This document shows, piece after piece, positions 20,460 to 31,600 of a stretch of 64,000 nt of DNA; position 1 is the stretch's first letter, and the number at the start of each line of letters is the position of its first letter. A program made the position numbers and the translations under genes. Where the stretch lies: IMG/VR virus record IMGVR_UViG_3300020424_000652; one strand, 5' to 3'. This stretch comes from a virus. The notes beneath the pieces were generated by a model. That model was given only the letters and a program-made list of their open reading frames with translations, was not told the origin of the DNA and did not search any database.

Positions 20460-21890
20460 TTAGGAAGTTTGTTTTCTGGCAGTAATAGTACCAATGACTC
20501 TGCTGTTTCCTTTAGCGTCTGTAGGCGCCGCAGGTAGTCCATCATCAATACCATCGTCAAATGATGTGTTATTTGTGCTTAAATCTAAGCGAGACAAGTC
20601 ACTTGCAGAGTAATTACCACCCATTTCTGGTGGAATAAAGTGGCAAGTTGCTGGGTGATATGTGTGTTCCATTAACCAACCATCTGCTGGATTATCTCTG
20701 TTTGCTTCTTTAGTACCATCTGGTATGTTATCACCAAGTGTTGTGTCAGCACTCATACCATCTACAACTGCACCGTAACGTCCAGTTTGTCCTGGGAACT
20801 GATCATTTTCACCCCAAATACCTGGTGTTAATGCTTTTGGTGATTGTGGAATTCTAACTTTCCAAGGATCAATACGTACATTTTTTTCTAACGTAAATTT
20901 TGCACCACTACCTGATCCTGAATATGTTGTTGCTGGTTCATCAATTGTTTTTGCTTCTTTAATATGACGAGCATTAAAGGCGTTACGTGTTCTTACTCCT
21001 GTAATAGCACCGTCACCGTCAACACTTGTTATAATAATTGTAACATCTAAGTTGGGTGATTCATTTGGATTCATTGAACTTGTATTGTCTAATGTAGTAT
21101 CTGCAAAGTCAAATCCTGGTCTTGCACCCATTGGTGCTGACAAGTCATCTAATGTTCCTATTTGTGAATCTGTAAAACCTAGTGCAGTTGCTGGAACAGT
21201 AATTTTTTCATCTTTGCTGTATCCTGTACCTGCCGCTTTGATTGTAATTTTCCAAGCCGCACCGCATAATTCTGGTAAGTCTCTTAATTCTTGTCTAAAA
21301 TTTGTCCACTTTGTAGCAAGTTCTGCCGGCATATCATCTGATACGTGTGAGTCTGACCATGAAAGTTGTGACCAACGTGTTTTCTTAATGTCATCATAGT
21401 TAACGTGTGGCTTTAAGAATGGAAATGGTGTGTTCCATTCTTTCTTAACTGGATCATAAGTAATTTCATCTCTGTCATATGTATGATCTGGTGTTGGAAC
21501 TTTAGGCTCAATGTGTACAAAATTTTTACCATAAATATCTTTTATTGGTAATGTTTCTGATACGTGTTCTCTTCCTTCTAAGAATAAAGTGTCTTGGTGC
21601 ACTTCCATAAGTTCACACAACAATGGATTTTCTTTACAGTCTACCAACACCATGTATTCGTGTGCTGATGGAACAAAATCTGCTTCAACTTCATATGAAT
21701 ATTTTACTTCACCTGAACGTTTGTTGTCTGCTTTTCTCATAAACACCCACATTTTTTCTGGGCCTTTATAAGTCCATTGACCTACTTTACCTTCATTTGT
21801 AGTTTGATACAAATATGCATCGGGCATATCATATGAAAACTGAACTTCAATTTCGTTTTTTCTATTCTGTGCGTCTAATCCGTGTCCCAT
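20460..21890 (-). CDS. Tail-fibre assembly chaperone-like protein with inserted fibre module
   Basis: RWSQLSWSD...WTNFRQELRDLP chaperone motif. The N-terminus (FSYDMPDAYL...YKGPEK, PTPDHTY) is paralogous to 23497-24192. Confidence 0.65.
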   Translation of the reverse strand: MGHGLDAQNRKNEIEVQFSYDMPDAYLYQTTNEGKVGQWTYKGPEKMWVFMRKADNKRSGEVKYSYEVEADFVPSAHEYMVLVDCKENPLLCELMEVHQDTLFLEGREHVSETLPIKDIYGKNFVHIEPKVPTPDHTYDRDEITYDPVKKEWNTPFPFLKPHVNYDDIKKTRWSQLSWSDSHVSDDMPAELATKWTNFRQELRDLPELCGAAWKITIKAAGTGYSKDEKITVPATALGFTDSQIGTLDDLSAPMGARPGFDFADTTLDNTSSMNPNESPNLDVTIIITSVDGDGAITGVRTRNAFNARHIKEAKTIDEPATTYSGSGSGAKFTLEKNVRIDPWKVRIPQSPKALTPGIWGENDQFPGQTGRYGAVVDGMSADTTLGDNIPDGTKEANRDNPADGWLMEHTYHPATCHFIPPEMGGNYSASDLSRLDLSTNNTSFDDGIDDGLPAAPTDAKGNSRVIGTITARKQTS

Positions 21891-21899
21891 AATTATATC

Positions 21900-22700
21900 C
21901 TAGTAGTATACCACATAAACAGCACCTTCGGCACCTGGTGATCCACAACAACATCCACCTCCATAAGCAGATCCGTGTACTCCACCTCCACCTGGCCATG
22001 ATCCAAATTGATCACCTCCACGTGTACAACAACCGTTTGGTCCTATTCTTGGTCCTGATTGTGCCATTGGCGCAACCGGTGTAAATTGTAATCCTCTATC
22101 TCCACAATGCTGTGATCTTTGTGAAGATCCTGTGTAACTTGCTATACCAAAGTCAACGTTGTTTGGTTGGTGTTCACATCTATAACAAGACATACAACAT
22201 CCATAACAACCAAAGTATCCATGACAGTGAGTACAGTTAGAACAACCACCTCCACAAGCAACAGCACAAAAACATGATCCACCTGTTGGTGTTCCCATAA
22301 CGAAACTGTTGTGTCCTGCATAGTTGTTACCTGCATATAAACAACATCCTGATCTACCTGCACAAATTGTAAATGAGTCTCCACTCGCAACTGCTGTAGA
22401 TTTAATTGCGTATCCTCCGCCGTCAGCAGGCATACCGTGCATACAGCAACAGCCACCTGTTCCTGAAGCACCACCGCCCCACATTTCAAATACGACAAAA
22501 GTAGCACCATTTGGTACTACGAAATTACAACATTTTCCTCCGTTGTTATTGCAACAGAATCTTGATGATGGTGGAACGCCTCTTGCCTGAGCCGGCCACG
22601 CTTCATTATGATCACTGTTCCAAGCATAACTTACTGTAAATGCAGTAGGAGCCTTGACACCTGTATCATAACCTGGTACAAAAGATCTTAAACTTGACAT
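21900..22700 (-). CDS. Cys/Gly-rich adhesin-like protein (paralogue C)
   Basis: About 10% Cys. Motifs NNGGKCC, FEMWGGGASGTGGCCCM, WPGGGG, CCCGSPGAEGAVYVVY. Confidence 0.7.
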   Translation of the reverse strand: MSSLRSFVPGYDTGVKAPTAFTVSYAWNSDHNEAWPAQARGVPPSSRFCCNNNGGKCCNFVVPNGATFVVFEMWGGGASGTGGCCCMHGMPADGGGYAIKSTAVASGDSFTICAGRSGCCLYAGNNYAGHNSFVMGTPTGGSCFCAVACGGGCSNCTHCHGYFGCYGCCMSCYRCEHQPNNVDFGIASYTGSSQRSQHCGDRGLQFTPVAPMAQSGPRIGPNGCCTRGGDQFGSWPGGGGVHGSAYGGGCCCGSPGAEGAVYVVYY

Positions 22701-22712
22701 CTATACTCCTCC

Positions 22713-23483
22713 TTATCCTATATCGGATTGATAGTAAACTACTACTAATCCGCCTGCGCCTGGACCACCACAGTAACAAGTACCGTTGTGTGTATGAAGT
22801 GTACCACCACCTCCTCCTGGGAAGTCAGCTGGTCCATCTGCTTCTCGTCCATGCGTTTTATAACAATTATCTCTAGTCATTCTAGCACCTTGACCACCCA
22901 TTGGTGCTGAAGTCATGTTCTCCCATGATGAACTAGAACACATTGATGTTCCTGCTCCACCACCGTTGAATCCACAAATACTAAAATCTGCTCCTTTTAC
23001 ACAACCACATACCATATTAGGACATCCACAATGTCCTCCCCATGCAGTTCCAAATCCGCAAACAGCACAACCGTATCCACCACCTGATGAACATAAACAG
23101 AAGTAAGTTCCGTCACAACATCCATTTGATGAACAAGCATAACTACCGCAACCTGGACAGCCCATTACTGGACGACAGCAACCTCTTGCTCCCGCACATA
23201 AAGTAAATGCCGCACCTGGTGTAATTTCTGCAATTTTTCTTCCATATGATCCTGATCCACCTGGGAATCCTGCCATACAACAACAGCCACCGCCGCCGTC
23301 TCCGCCTGCACCCCAAGTTTCAAATGCCGCCCATTTTGTATCTGAACTTGAAGTCCATAAACAACAGCATCCTGGGTTACTGTTACGTGTAGTATCCATG
23401 TTTGTGTGGTAAACATAGATTGAACGCAAAGCCATAGCCGTTGCGTCACCGCCTAATTGTAACAAAGTTCTTAATGCAGACAT
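22713..23483 (-). CDS. Cys/Gly-rich adhesin-like protein (paralogue B)
   Basis: PGCCCLWT, FETWGAGGDGGGGCCCM, FPGGGG, GGPGAGGLVVVYY. Confidence 0.7.
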   Translation of the reverse strand: MSALRTLLQLGGDATAMALRSIYVYHTNMDTTRNSNPGCCCLWTSSSDTKWAAFETWGAGGDGGGGCCCMAGFPGGSGSYGRKIAEITPGAAFTLCAGARGCCRPVMGCPGCGSYACSSNGCCDGTYFCLCSSGGGYGCAVCGFGTAWGGHCGCPNMVCGCVKGADFSICGFNGGGAGTSMCSSSSWENMTSAPMGGQGARMTRDNCYKTHGREADGPADFPGGGGGTLHTHNGTCYCGGPGAGGLVVVYYQSDIG

Positions 23484-23496
23484 CTATATCTCCTTA

Positions 23497-24192
23497 TTAA
23501 CCTATTCCTACACCGTCATCTGCTGGTGGTTCAGCATATCCTCCAGTCACTGGTTCTTCTGGAAACTTAACCATATGTGCTGGAAATTCATCTGCTTCAC
23601 CTCTTTTCCATGTAACAGGTATATCTCTTAATTTTTGTCTAAACTCTATCCAAGGTTGCTTGACTGAGTCTGGAGAATCACTAGCTACTTTTGAATCAGT
23701 AGCATCAAGTCTATCATTTCTTAATTGTGTGAGTGTTTCCCATGTCTGCCAAGGTTGTTTCCAAGTCAAAGTCCAATTTCCTGATGCTTCATCATGAGTT
23801 GATAATGTTCTCTCATATGCGTGATCTGGATATGGTGGCCAAGGATAAGAATACTTACCATAACCTGTTGGTAATTCTACGTCTTGATCTGTTTGAGTTA
23901 GTGTAACTGTGTGTGGTAAAAATATTGCACACATTAAGGTATCTTCACCTTTACAATCCAAAATTACAACACGCTCCCCGTCTGGTGCTGTATCCGTTGA
24001 TGGATTATAATGAAAATCTTCATCTGGTGGATTCTGTGCTTCAGTATTTCTACCTGTTACTTGATCTACGAACACATACAGTTTTTCTGGTCCTGTATAC
24101 GTTGCAGTAGCCGTATCTCCCTTTGAATTTGTTTGAGACAAATAATCATCGGGGATATCATATGTAAATTGCTTTGTTATTTCTGTAGCCAT
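23497..24192 (-). CDS. Tail-fibre assembly chaperone-like protein
   Basis: LRNDRLDATD...WIEFRQKLRDIP...FPEEP, typical of Tfa/tail-assembly chaperones. Confidence 0.75.
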   Translation of the reverse strand: MATEITKQFTYDIPDDYLSQTNSKGDTATATYTGPEKLYVFVDQVTGRNTEAQNPPDEDFHYNPSTDTAPDGERVVILDCKGEDTLMCAIFLPHTVTLTQTDQDVELPTGYGKYSYPWPPYPDHAYERTLSTHDEASGNWTLTWKQPWQTWETLTQLRNDRLDATDSKVASDSPDSVKQPWIEFRQKLRDIPVTWKRGEADEFPAHMVKFPEEPVTGGYAEPPADDGVGIG

Positions 24193-24227
24193 TTTATGTC
24201 TCTTCCTTTATATTTATTTCCTATTCA

Positions 24228-24968
24228 TTAAGAGTATGAAATCTTAACCATTCCTCCTGAGCCCCAGTGTCCCCAACAGCAACCGCCTCCACAGCCTGTT
24301 CCGTTGTATCCACCGTCTGCTGGATATGGTTGAGCACAACCCCATCCACAACCTGAACACGTCATTGGCTTACCGCAGTAATCCTTGCCGTGTCTTGTCA
24401 TTCCACCTTTTGGTGGTCCACTTACATAATCCCACATTTGGTTGTGACAATAGTGAGTATGAAAAGTAGAATTTCGTGAGTGCCCTAATCTGAAGTCACC
24501 TTGTGTTCCATCGGAAATACAAGAACATCCGTAACAACAGTTATAGGCATAGTGAGCATGACAGTTAGTTCTTCCTGTACATCCTCCTCTAGCACACGTT
24601 GTTGGGATACCTGATCCTGTCACGTATGACGTTGAACCATCGTATCCTAAACAATCTCTTTCGCAACAGTTTCCGTTACCTGCCGCACAAACCGTATATT
24701 GGCATCCAGCCACTGTGTTCACAGTTCTAATTGCATAAGAACCGCCTCCTGCATTCTGTGAACTCCACATACAGCAACAGCCGCCGGCTCCCGCCGCGCC
24801 TGCACCCCATAATTCGAAAGTTACATTTTTAATATCTGCTGGCACCGTCCATAGACAGCAACATCCACCATTATTAATACCTCTATTGTTATTATAGATG
24901 TATACATATTTGGTAGGTATTGATGCACCTTCTACCTGATCGGCCATTAACGTTCTTAATCGTGCCAT
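24228..24968 (-). CDS. Cys/Gly-rich adhesin-like protein (paralogue A)
   Basis: NNGGCCCLWTVP, FELWGAGAAGAGGCCCM, GGGCCWGHWGSGGMVKISY. Confidence 0.7.
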   Translation of the reverse strand: MARLRTLMADQVEGASIPTKYVYIYNNNRGINNGGCCCLWTVPADIKNVTFELWGAGAAGAGGCCCMWSSQNAGGGSYAIRTVNTVAGCQYTVCAAGNGNCCERDCLGYDGSTSYVTGSGIPTTCARGGCTGRTNCHAHYAYNCCYGCSCISDGTQGDFRLGHSRNSTFHTHYCHNQMWDYVSGPPKGGMTRHGKDYCGKPMTCSGCGWGCAQPYPADGGYNGTGCGGGCCWGHWGSGGMVKISYS

Positions 24969-24989
24969 AGTAACTTCCTCTCTATAATC

Positions 24990-25322
24990 TTACGTACCTG
25001 AAATTATCCAACCGTAAGTTGGTCCAGTGTATATAAAAGTAACCGCGATGTTATTAATATCGAGTACCAAGTCCTCAGCTAGATTCTGAATTTTTGCTCC
25101 GTTTCTTGCAATGGTAACATTGTTTGTATTAAAGTTACCAGTTACATCCACGACTTGAATAACATCGTTTACTAACAAACTTGTTGAAAGTGGAAAAGTG
25201 ATTGTAAATGCTCCCCCAGATGAATTAGCAAGAATTCTATCATTAACTGTGGCGGTAAAAGTAGTTGATACATTTCGTATAACACTACTTGCAGTTCCAG
25301 TTGTTGATATATATCTTCCCAT
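24990..25322 (-). CDS. Small virion/baseplate-fibre connector-like protein
   Basis: SSGGAFTITFP...IQVVDVTGNFNTNNVTIARNGAKI...YTGPTYGW, resembling small fibre/baseplate modules of T4-like phages. Confidence 0.55.
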   Translation of the reverse strand: MGRYISTTGTASSVIRNVSTTFTATVNDRILANSSGGAFTITFPLSTSLLVNDVIQVVDVTGNFNTNNVTIARNGAKIQNLAEDLVLDINNIAVTFIYTGPTYGWIISGT

Positions 25323-25349
25323 TTTTCTTTCCTTTTATGTATTTATCAT

Positions 25350-25670
25350 TTAGCCCGTAGAGGTCTCAATACCTAACGCAACGGCGCTTACATTTGCGGC
25401 AGATGAATAAACTACCAGAATTTGCCCTGCCGCCATTGCAATTCCTGATCTTTCTAATACCCCTTTGGGTAAAAGCTCGACATCGTACTCGATGTATTCG
25501 CTTAATTGCGGTGATCCCGCACTTGCGACCGCAACTCTTATCGACACAGCACTATTCCCTCTATTGCAGACAGATAAAGTAACGATCCCGAAGGTGTTAG
25601 CTGGTACTGTGTACAGAGAAGTATTAGTAGCCGCTGTCAAGTCTGCGTGTCCTAGTCTTCCTGTGGCCAT
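25350..25670 (-). CDS. Small beta-sandwich virion protein (paralogue family with 37760 and 41917)
   Basis: LYTVPA...LSVCNR...EYDVEL; 106 aa. Confidence 0.6.
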   Translation of the reverse strand: MATGRLGHADLTAATNTSLYTVPANTFGIVTLSVCNRGNSAVSIRVAVASAGSPQLSEYIEYDVELLPKGVLERSGIAMAAGQILVVYSSAANVSAVALGIETSTG

Positions 25671-25685
25671 TTAGTTTTCTCCTTT

Positions 25686-28600
25686 TTAACTCAATAAAAA
25701 TTGTTGCATCGCTACTGGTGATCCACTTATACCACCAGTAAAGTTCATTGTTGCAGTTATATTTATCGGAACATTCGTTGTTGTAGTAATCGTATTGCCC
25801 GAAATATGAACTACCCCTGCTGTAACAGTATTTACGTTCAATTCTGAAGCACCACCACCAATTTGGGACGTAATATACGTCTTAATTGCTTTTTGTGTTG
25901 GCACAATACTATCGGAATTTGCCGCAAAAGTACCGTCTGTACTAAACTCGTTAACTGTTGCTCCAGTTCCTCCTAGTGCAACACTACCAAGTTGTAGTTC
26001 TTGTAACCCTGTGATGCTAAATGCATCTGCGTTCAACGTAGCAACACCTGTTGCCTGTTCAACGTTAAACAATCCACCAACTCTGAAGTTACCATCTTGG
26101 TCAGTAGATGTAAAGAACACTCTTCCACCGCCGCCTGTTACTGTTTCATCATTTGGATCAGCTGGTATTGTTGGAGTTCCTGGGTAATTTGTAGTTGTAA
26201 ATCCACCAGTACCAACGTCAAGGAAGTCATGACCAGTTAATCGAACCTGTGAATATCTTATTCTCATCTCCACAGATGTTCCATGTGCTGGTGCATCATT
26301 GATCGCCATGTCTGGTGAAAGTTGTAATAATGCTGAGTATGGATTAGATCCTGTTAATCCTGTAACACTAACAAGTTTGAAAACTGTGTTTGGTAAGTGA
26401 CTGAATACAACGTTTGCTCCCGCTTGTGGAATGCTTTCCATTGCTTCAACTTTTACATATTTTCCTGACTGTTTAGCATCTCTGAATCCTGCGCCATATT
26501 TTACTTTACCGCCGGATACATAAGCAGTTCCATTTTTATAAACTGCTGGGAATAATAAATCATTATCCAAATATAATTGTAATGTATTTCCATCAATTAC
26601 TTTAACAAAATAACTATTTGCGTTTAATTGTGTTGTTCCAACTATCTCTGAAATAGTAATTTTTGTTCTTTCTAAAATATTATGCGTTGCAACTGTTAAG
26701 TTAACACAACCAGCACCACCATTAGTTGGCATTGAAGCTAATCCGTTTGCAATAGTTTCTGTAACTATGTCAATTAGTTCTCCAACTTTAGTTTGTCCTG
26801 CCGCTTCACCATTGTTTGAATTAGTTGTTTGTGTAGTGACTGATTGTAATGAACTGTAAGATGTATTATCTAAAATGTAATCTAATAAAATAGTTTTCAT
26901 TTGTACGAAACTTGCAATTCTTTGTTGTTGTGCATTTGGTAATTGTGTTTGTGTTCCAATCCAATATGCTCTTGCCGCCGCAGTTGTGTCTTTAGTTCCA
27001 CCAAACTTGACATCATTTGCAAGTGCATCAATTAATGTACCTGTTTGTGTTTCCCATAAGTCTGCATCATAAATGAATCCATCCCATAATGTTCCACCTA
27101 CTGTTGAAATTTGGTTGTTGATCCATGCAATAACTTCATCTTTAACATATTCTTTGTTAGCTGTTAACAATGTATTTGCATAAGGATTTTCACTGAATGA
27201 AACTCCTGTGATGTTTTTCTCTGAACCTGTGTCATCTATTGTTGCAGTAAGAGTTGTGTAACCTGTACCTCTTGAAGTAAATGATGGTTGATTCAATACA
27301 CCGTCTCCAATGAATACTTCTAGAGGAGCATCTGCTGTATTGTTAGGATCAGTAAATGTAACTGTTGGAGGTGTTGTGTAAGAAGCACCTGGGTGTATAA
27401 TTCTTACTTCACTAATTTTACCATCTGCAACTTTGGCTCTTGCCAATGCTTGAGCAGTTGCAGTTGATCCATCATTGCCAGGAGCACTAATTACTACTCT
27501 TGGTTCAACACTATAAACTGTTGTGTTGTCTAAAGCGGCCTCAATTGCTCTACCACTTACGATTTGATCCCAACCGTCACTTCCATCTGAATATTTTTTA
27601 ATTGTAGCAACTTTTGTACCTGCGTTGTATGTGTTTACGTAACCGTACTGTCCAGCACCTTTACCACCTGTTAAAAATACTGCCATACCAACATACGCGG
27701 CACTTAAAGCTGTGTCAGTGTTGGATAATGTAATTTGTGTACTTGTACCAGCCTGTGGTGTGTTTGTCGCAAATTTGTAATCTGCACCACCAAATGTATT
27801 TGCGTTACCTGTTAGTCTAATTTCCATTACACCACCAGTACTAGTTACTGGAGTTAATCCAGTTACGCCGTAACCGTCACCACTTAAACTAATAGTTGTA
27901 GTTGATACATTGTAATCTCTTCCCGCATTTGCATATTCTAATGCAATAATATTATTGTTATCTGTTATAGTTGCTGTTACAACTGCCTCAAATGATCTGT
28001 TGTCAACGTATGCTTTGATAGGAGTTTCAGTTAAGTCAACACCTTCTGCAACTGTACCAAAGTCACCATAAGATGAGTTACCATTTGTTGCTCTAATTTT
28101 TCCGCCGTTCTCTGCAAGGTATCCCATGTGTCCATAATATGAGAACACAGAAACAAGTTCTGCTCTACCTAAGTTTGTAACCCAAGCACCAATACCTTGA
28201 TCTAAAATTTGTGTAAAGTCGTTTGCAACGATAGAATCGTTACCACCTGCGTGTATGTCACCGTCTACCTTCATTCCAATACATTTTGTTCCAAAAGTTG
28301 TAACATTTTGTACGTAAGGTGAACGTGTTGAAATCCATGCTCTTGTATCTGCTGGTCCCCAACTTGGATCTAATGAAACAAAAGCACCAGCTGTTGGACG
28401 TTTAGTTCCGTATGCGTTTTCTGATCCTAATGTTCCTGATAAACCTCTAACAGTACAGTTTCTTAAACCAGTTCCATTCTGCATATAGAACATATCTGAA
28501 GTTGAAGATCCCATAATTGAATTTACAAGATATCTTGCTGATGTCAAGGACATATAGTTTCCAAAGTTTTCTAAATCCCACATGATACCTTCAAGGTAAC

Positions 28601-31600
28601 GTTTTAAATCATCTCTACATTTTGCTCCATGTTTAGATCCATATAGAGCTTCTTTTTCCATGTATAATTTAGTATTGTTTGCTTTGATATATTCTTGTCC
28701 TTCGTAAATTAAAAAGTCTAAGTTTGCAAGTATTCTTCCTCTTGCATATACATCACCAGCTCTGCTGTTTGTAGTTGTTTGTCCTGTTTTTTCTGGATAT
28801 GCAGTACCAACACCATTAACACCATAATCAATGTAAGCCTTAATTTCTGTAATTAAGTTTGTAGTGTTTGTTACTGATGTTGCGTCACCTGGCTCTCTAT
28901 TTGTGTCTTGTGTTTGAGTATTACCTGTTGCAATTTCTTGGACATCCATTGTAAAGTTTGCGGCACCACCGCCACCTAATGCACTATCTTGAATAGTAAT
29001 TGTATCGTTTACAGCATGACCTGTTCCACCAGTTACAACTACAACACCTGTTACAGCACCGCCGGCTCCAACAGTAATGTTAAATGTTCCTACTGTTCCT
29101 GATCCTGCTGATGAACCTGTTACTGCATTGTAAGTTCCTGGTGTTCTACTTGCATCTGCGGCACTAAAGCTATCCATTTTTACGTGTGCACCTGCTGGTG
29201 TTTTTGTAATTGAATTGTTTTGTATCAAGTCACTCATTACAGCTGATATTCTTGTAAGAGCCGCCATTGATAAAGTTGCATCTGAAGTCAAAGTAATTCC
29301 TGTTGGATATACTCCAATGTCAGTTGAACGTAATTCATCTCCTACTAGAGCTGTGTCTGCCGGTATAACTATTGGACAAACTTCTGTGTATGTTCCTGTT
29401 TTTACAAAAACAGTTGTGTTTGGTTTTACTTTTGCATCTAATCCTGTTAAATCTCCTGCATCAATAACTTCATTAATCAATGTTATTAATGTTGAAACCT
29501 GTGTGCCTATCATTTCTGGAACAACACCTGCTGGATTATATTGTGTTACAGTATTTGATTCACTGTTTAAACTTTGATAGTTTGTTGTTACAACTAAATT
29601 TTGTACAATTCTTTGCAACATTGTGTTTACATAACTGTTTACTGCACTTATTTGTGATGCTTGAGAGGCTGGTGCAAAAGAACCTGTTGAGAAATAAGAC
29701 TGAGCTCTTTCTCTTGAGCGTTCATTACCACCATGGCTTATGTCATAAGCAATAGCATCAACAAGTAAACCTACTAATTCTTGATATTTTGCCGCATCAT
29801 ATGTAAAGCCGTTCCATATTCCACTACCACCTGCGTTTGCTACTTGATAGTCAACATATGATTTACCTGCTTCACGCATGATAAACATTTTGTTACGCAT
29901 AATAAGATCTTTTGTAAGTGGATTTCTTGGTCCAAATCTAATTTCTCTCATTGCGTGTCTAATTGTTTTCCAAGGCTTGTCAATAGTTACACCATATCCT
30001 GGTGCATCTTCATCTGCTCCGCCTTTACCTACATAATAAACTTGATCAACTTGACCAAAGTATGCCCATTCCGGAGCATTACCTTCGTCATTAACTTTTA
30101 AAACCTGTCCTGCAATTCCAATTGGTAATCTTGTTGGACCTGATCCACCATAGTAAACTAAATCACCAGCAGTTGTTAAGTTGCCTGATTCAGCACCACC
30201 TGATAATAGTTTCCATTCACTACCATCAACATCTTGATCTGGTCTATTTTGTGCACCTGTTTGATCAGCTGTGTGTGCCGTTACACAAATATAAGAGTTG
30301 ACGTTGTTAATTCCTCTGACTGCATCACCTACATCATAGTAAGTTCCGTTTGCCCAACTGTCTCTCCAATTGATACCTTCATTTAATTTTTCCCAGTAAC
30401 TTGCATTAGGTGGTCTGTTGCCTGTTGAGTCTGCAATATTAAGATAAGTGTAACCACCAACTCTAACAACATCACCTGTTTTGTATGCTGTGTTGAAAGC
30501 CAAGTCAACATTGTTACCTAATGTTTGTGCTGAACTTAATACTAAATTATTTTGGTCTGTGACTGTTGCTACTGTTACTGTTCCAGAAATACCTGTACCA
30601 GTTACTACCATGCCTTGTACAATAGTTCCAACATTTGTATCAACTACTAATGCTGTTGTACTTGATATTGCACCATTTACTTTTGCTGTTGCACTTGCAT
30701 AGTCACCTTTTAAACTAAATCCTGTTGTAAATAAATCCCATGTTGCCGCGTTGTTGTAAGGTATAACGTTGCTGTGATTTGTTTTTGAAACATAACCATA
30801 TCCACCATATGTAACAAAGTCACCTGGTTGATAGTTAGTTGCTGAATTCCATGAATCTTCAAATTCTAAACCTGGAACAAATTGTGACCAATTGGTTGTT
30901 TGTGTAATTGTTGCAACTTGGAATGTTAAAGATGCACCACCGCCACCACCTAGGTCGCCATCTGTTACTGTGATAACATCTGTTGCTGAATGTCCTTCAC
31001 CACCTTTTACTATTGTAATAGATGCCGCTCCAGTTCCATCAATAGTAATATTAAATCTTTGTCCTGTACCTGAACCACCTGATGAACCATTTACATCTTT
31101 GTATGTGCCTGCTGTTCTACTTGCGTCAGCGGCCGATATAGATCCAACTGTTGCAATTACTCCTGATACTGCATTGTCACTTGCAAGGTTAGTTCCACCT
31201 GATGTGTGTTCTCTTGTAGCAATCCATAAACCGCCACCATACTTGACAACATCATTTACTTTGTATCTTGTGTTTGTTTGGTGAACTGATTTGTATTCAA
31301 TACCTTTGTGTGCGTAATCCCATTTGCTTTGATCTGCCTCAAGTCCTAATGTTGTGTTTGCGGATGATAAGTGAGCTTCGTTACAGATGTAAAGTTGTCC
31401 ACCATACTTAACTGTATCGTTGACTCTGTATTTTGTTGCCGGTGCCCAATCTTGTTTCCAATCAATACCTTTTGCAAAAACGTCCCACTTGCTTTGATCT
31501 GCTTCTAATCCATCTGCGTCTGCGGCAAAAGTTGCACTTGAAGTATGTGCAGTATTACAAAGATAAACTGTTCCACCATATTTTACTAAATCATTAACTT

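Noticed and set aside
21900-24968. Selenoprotein or RiPP-precursor interpretation of the Cys-rich genes
   Set aside because: No in-frame TGA, sizes of ~250 aa, and adjacency to fibre chaperones fits structural adhesins better.
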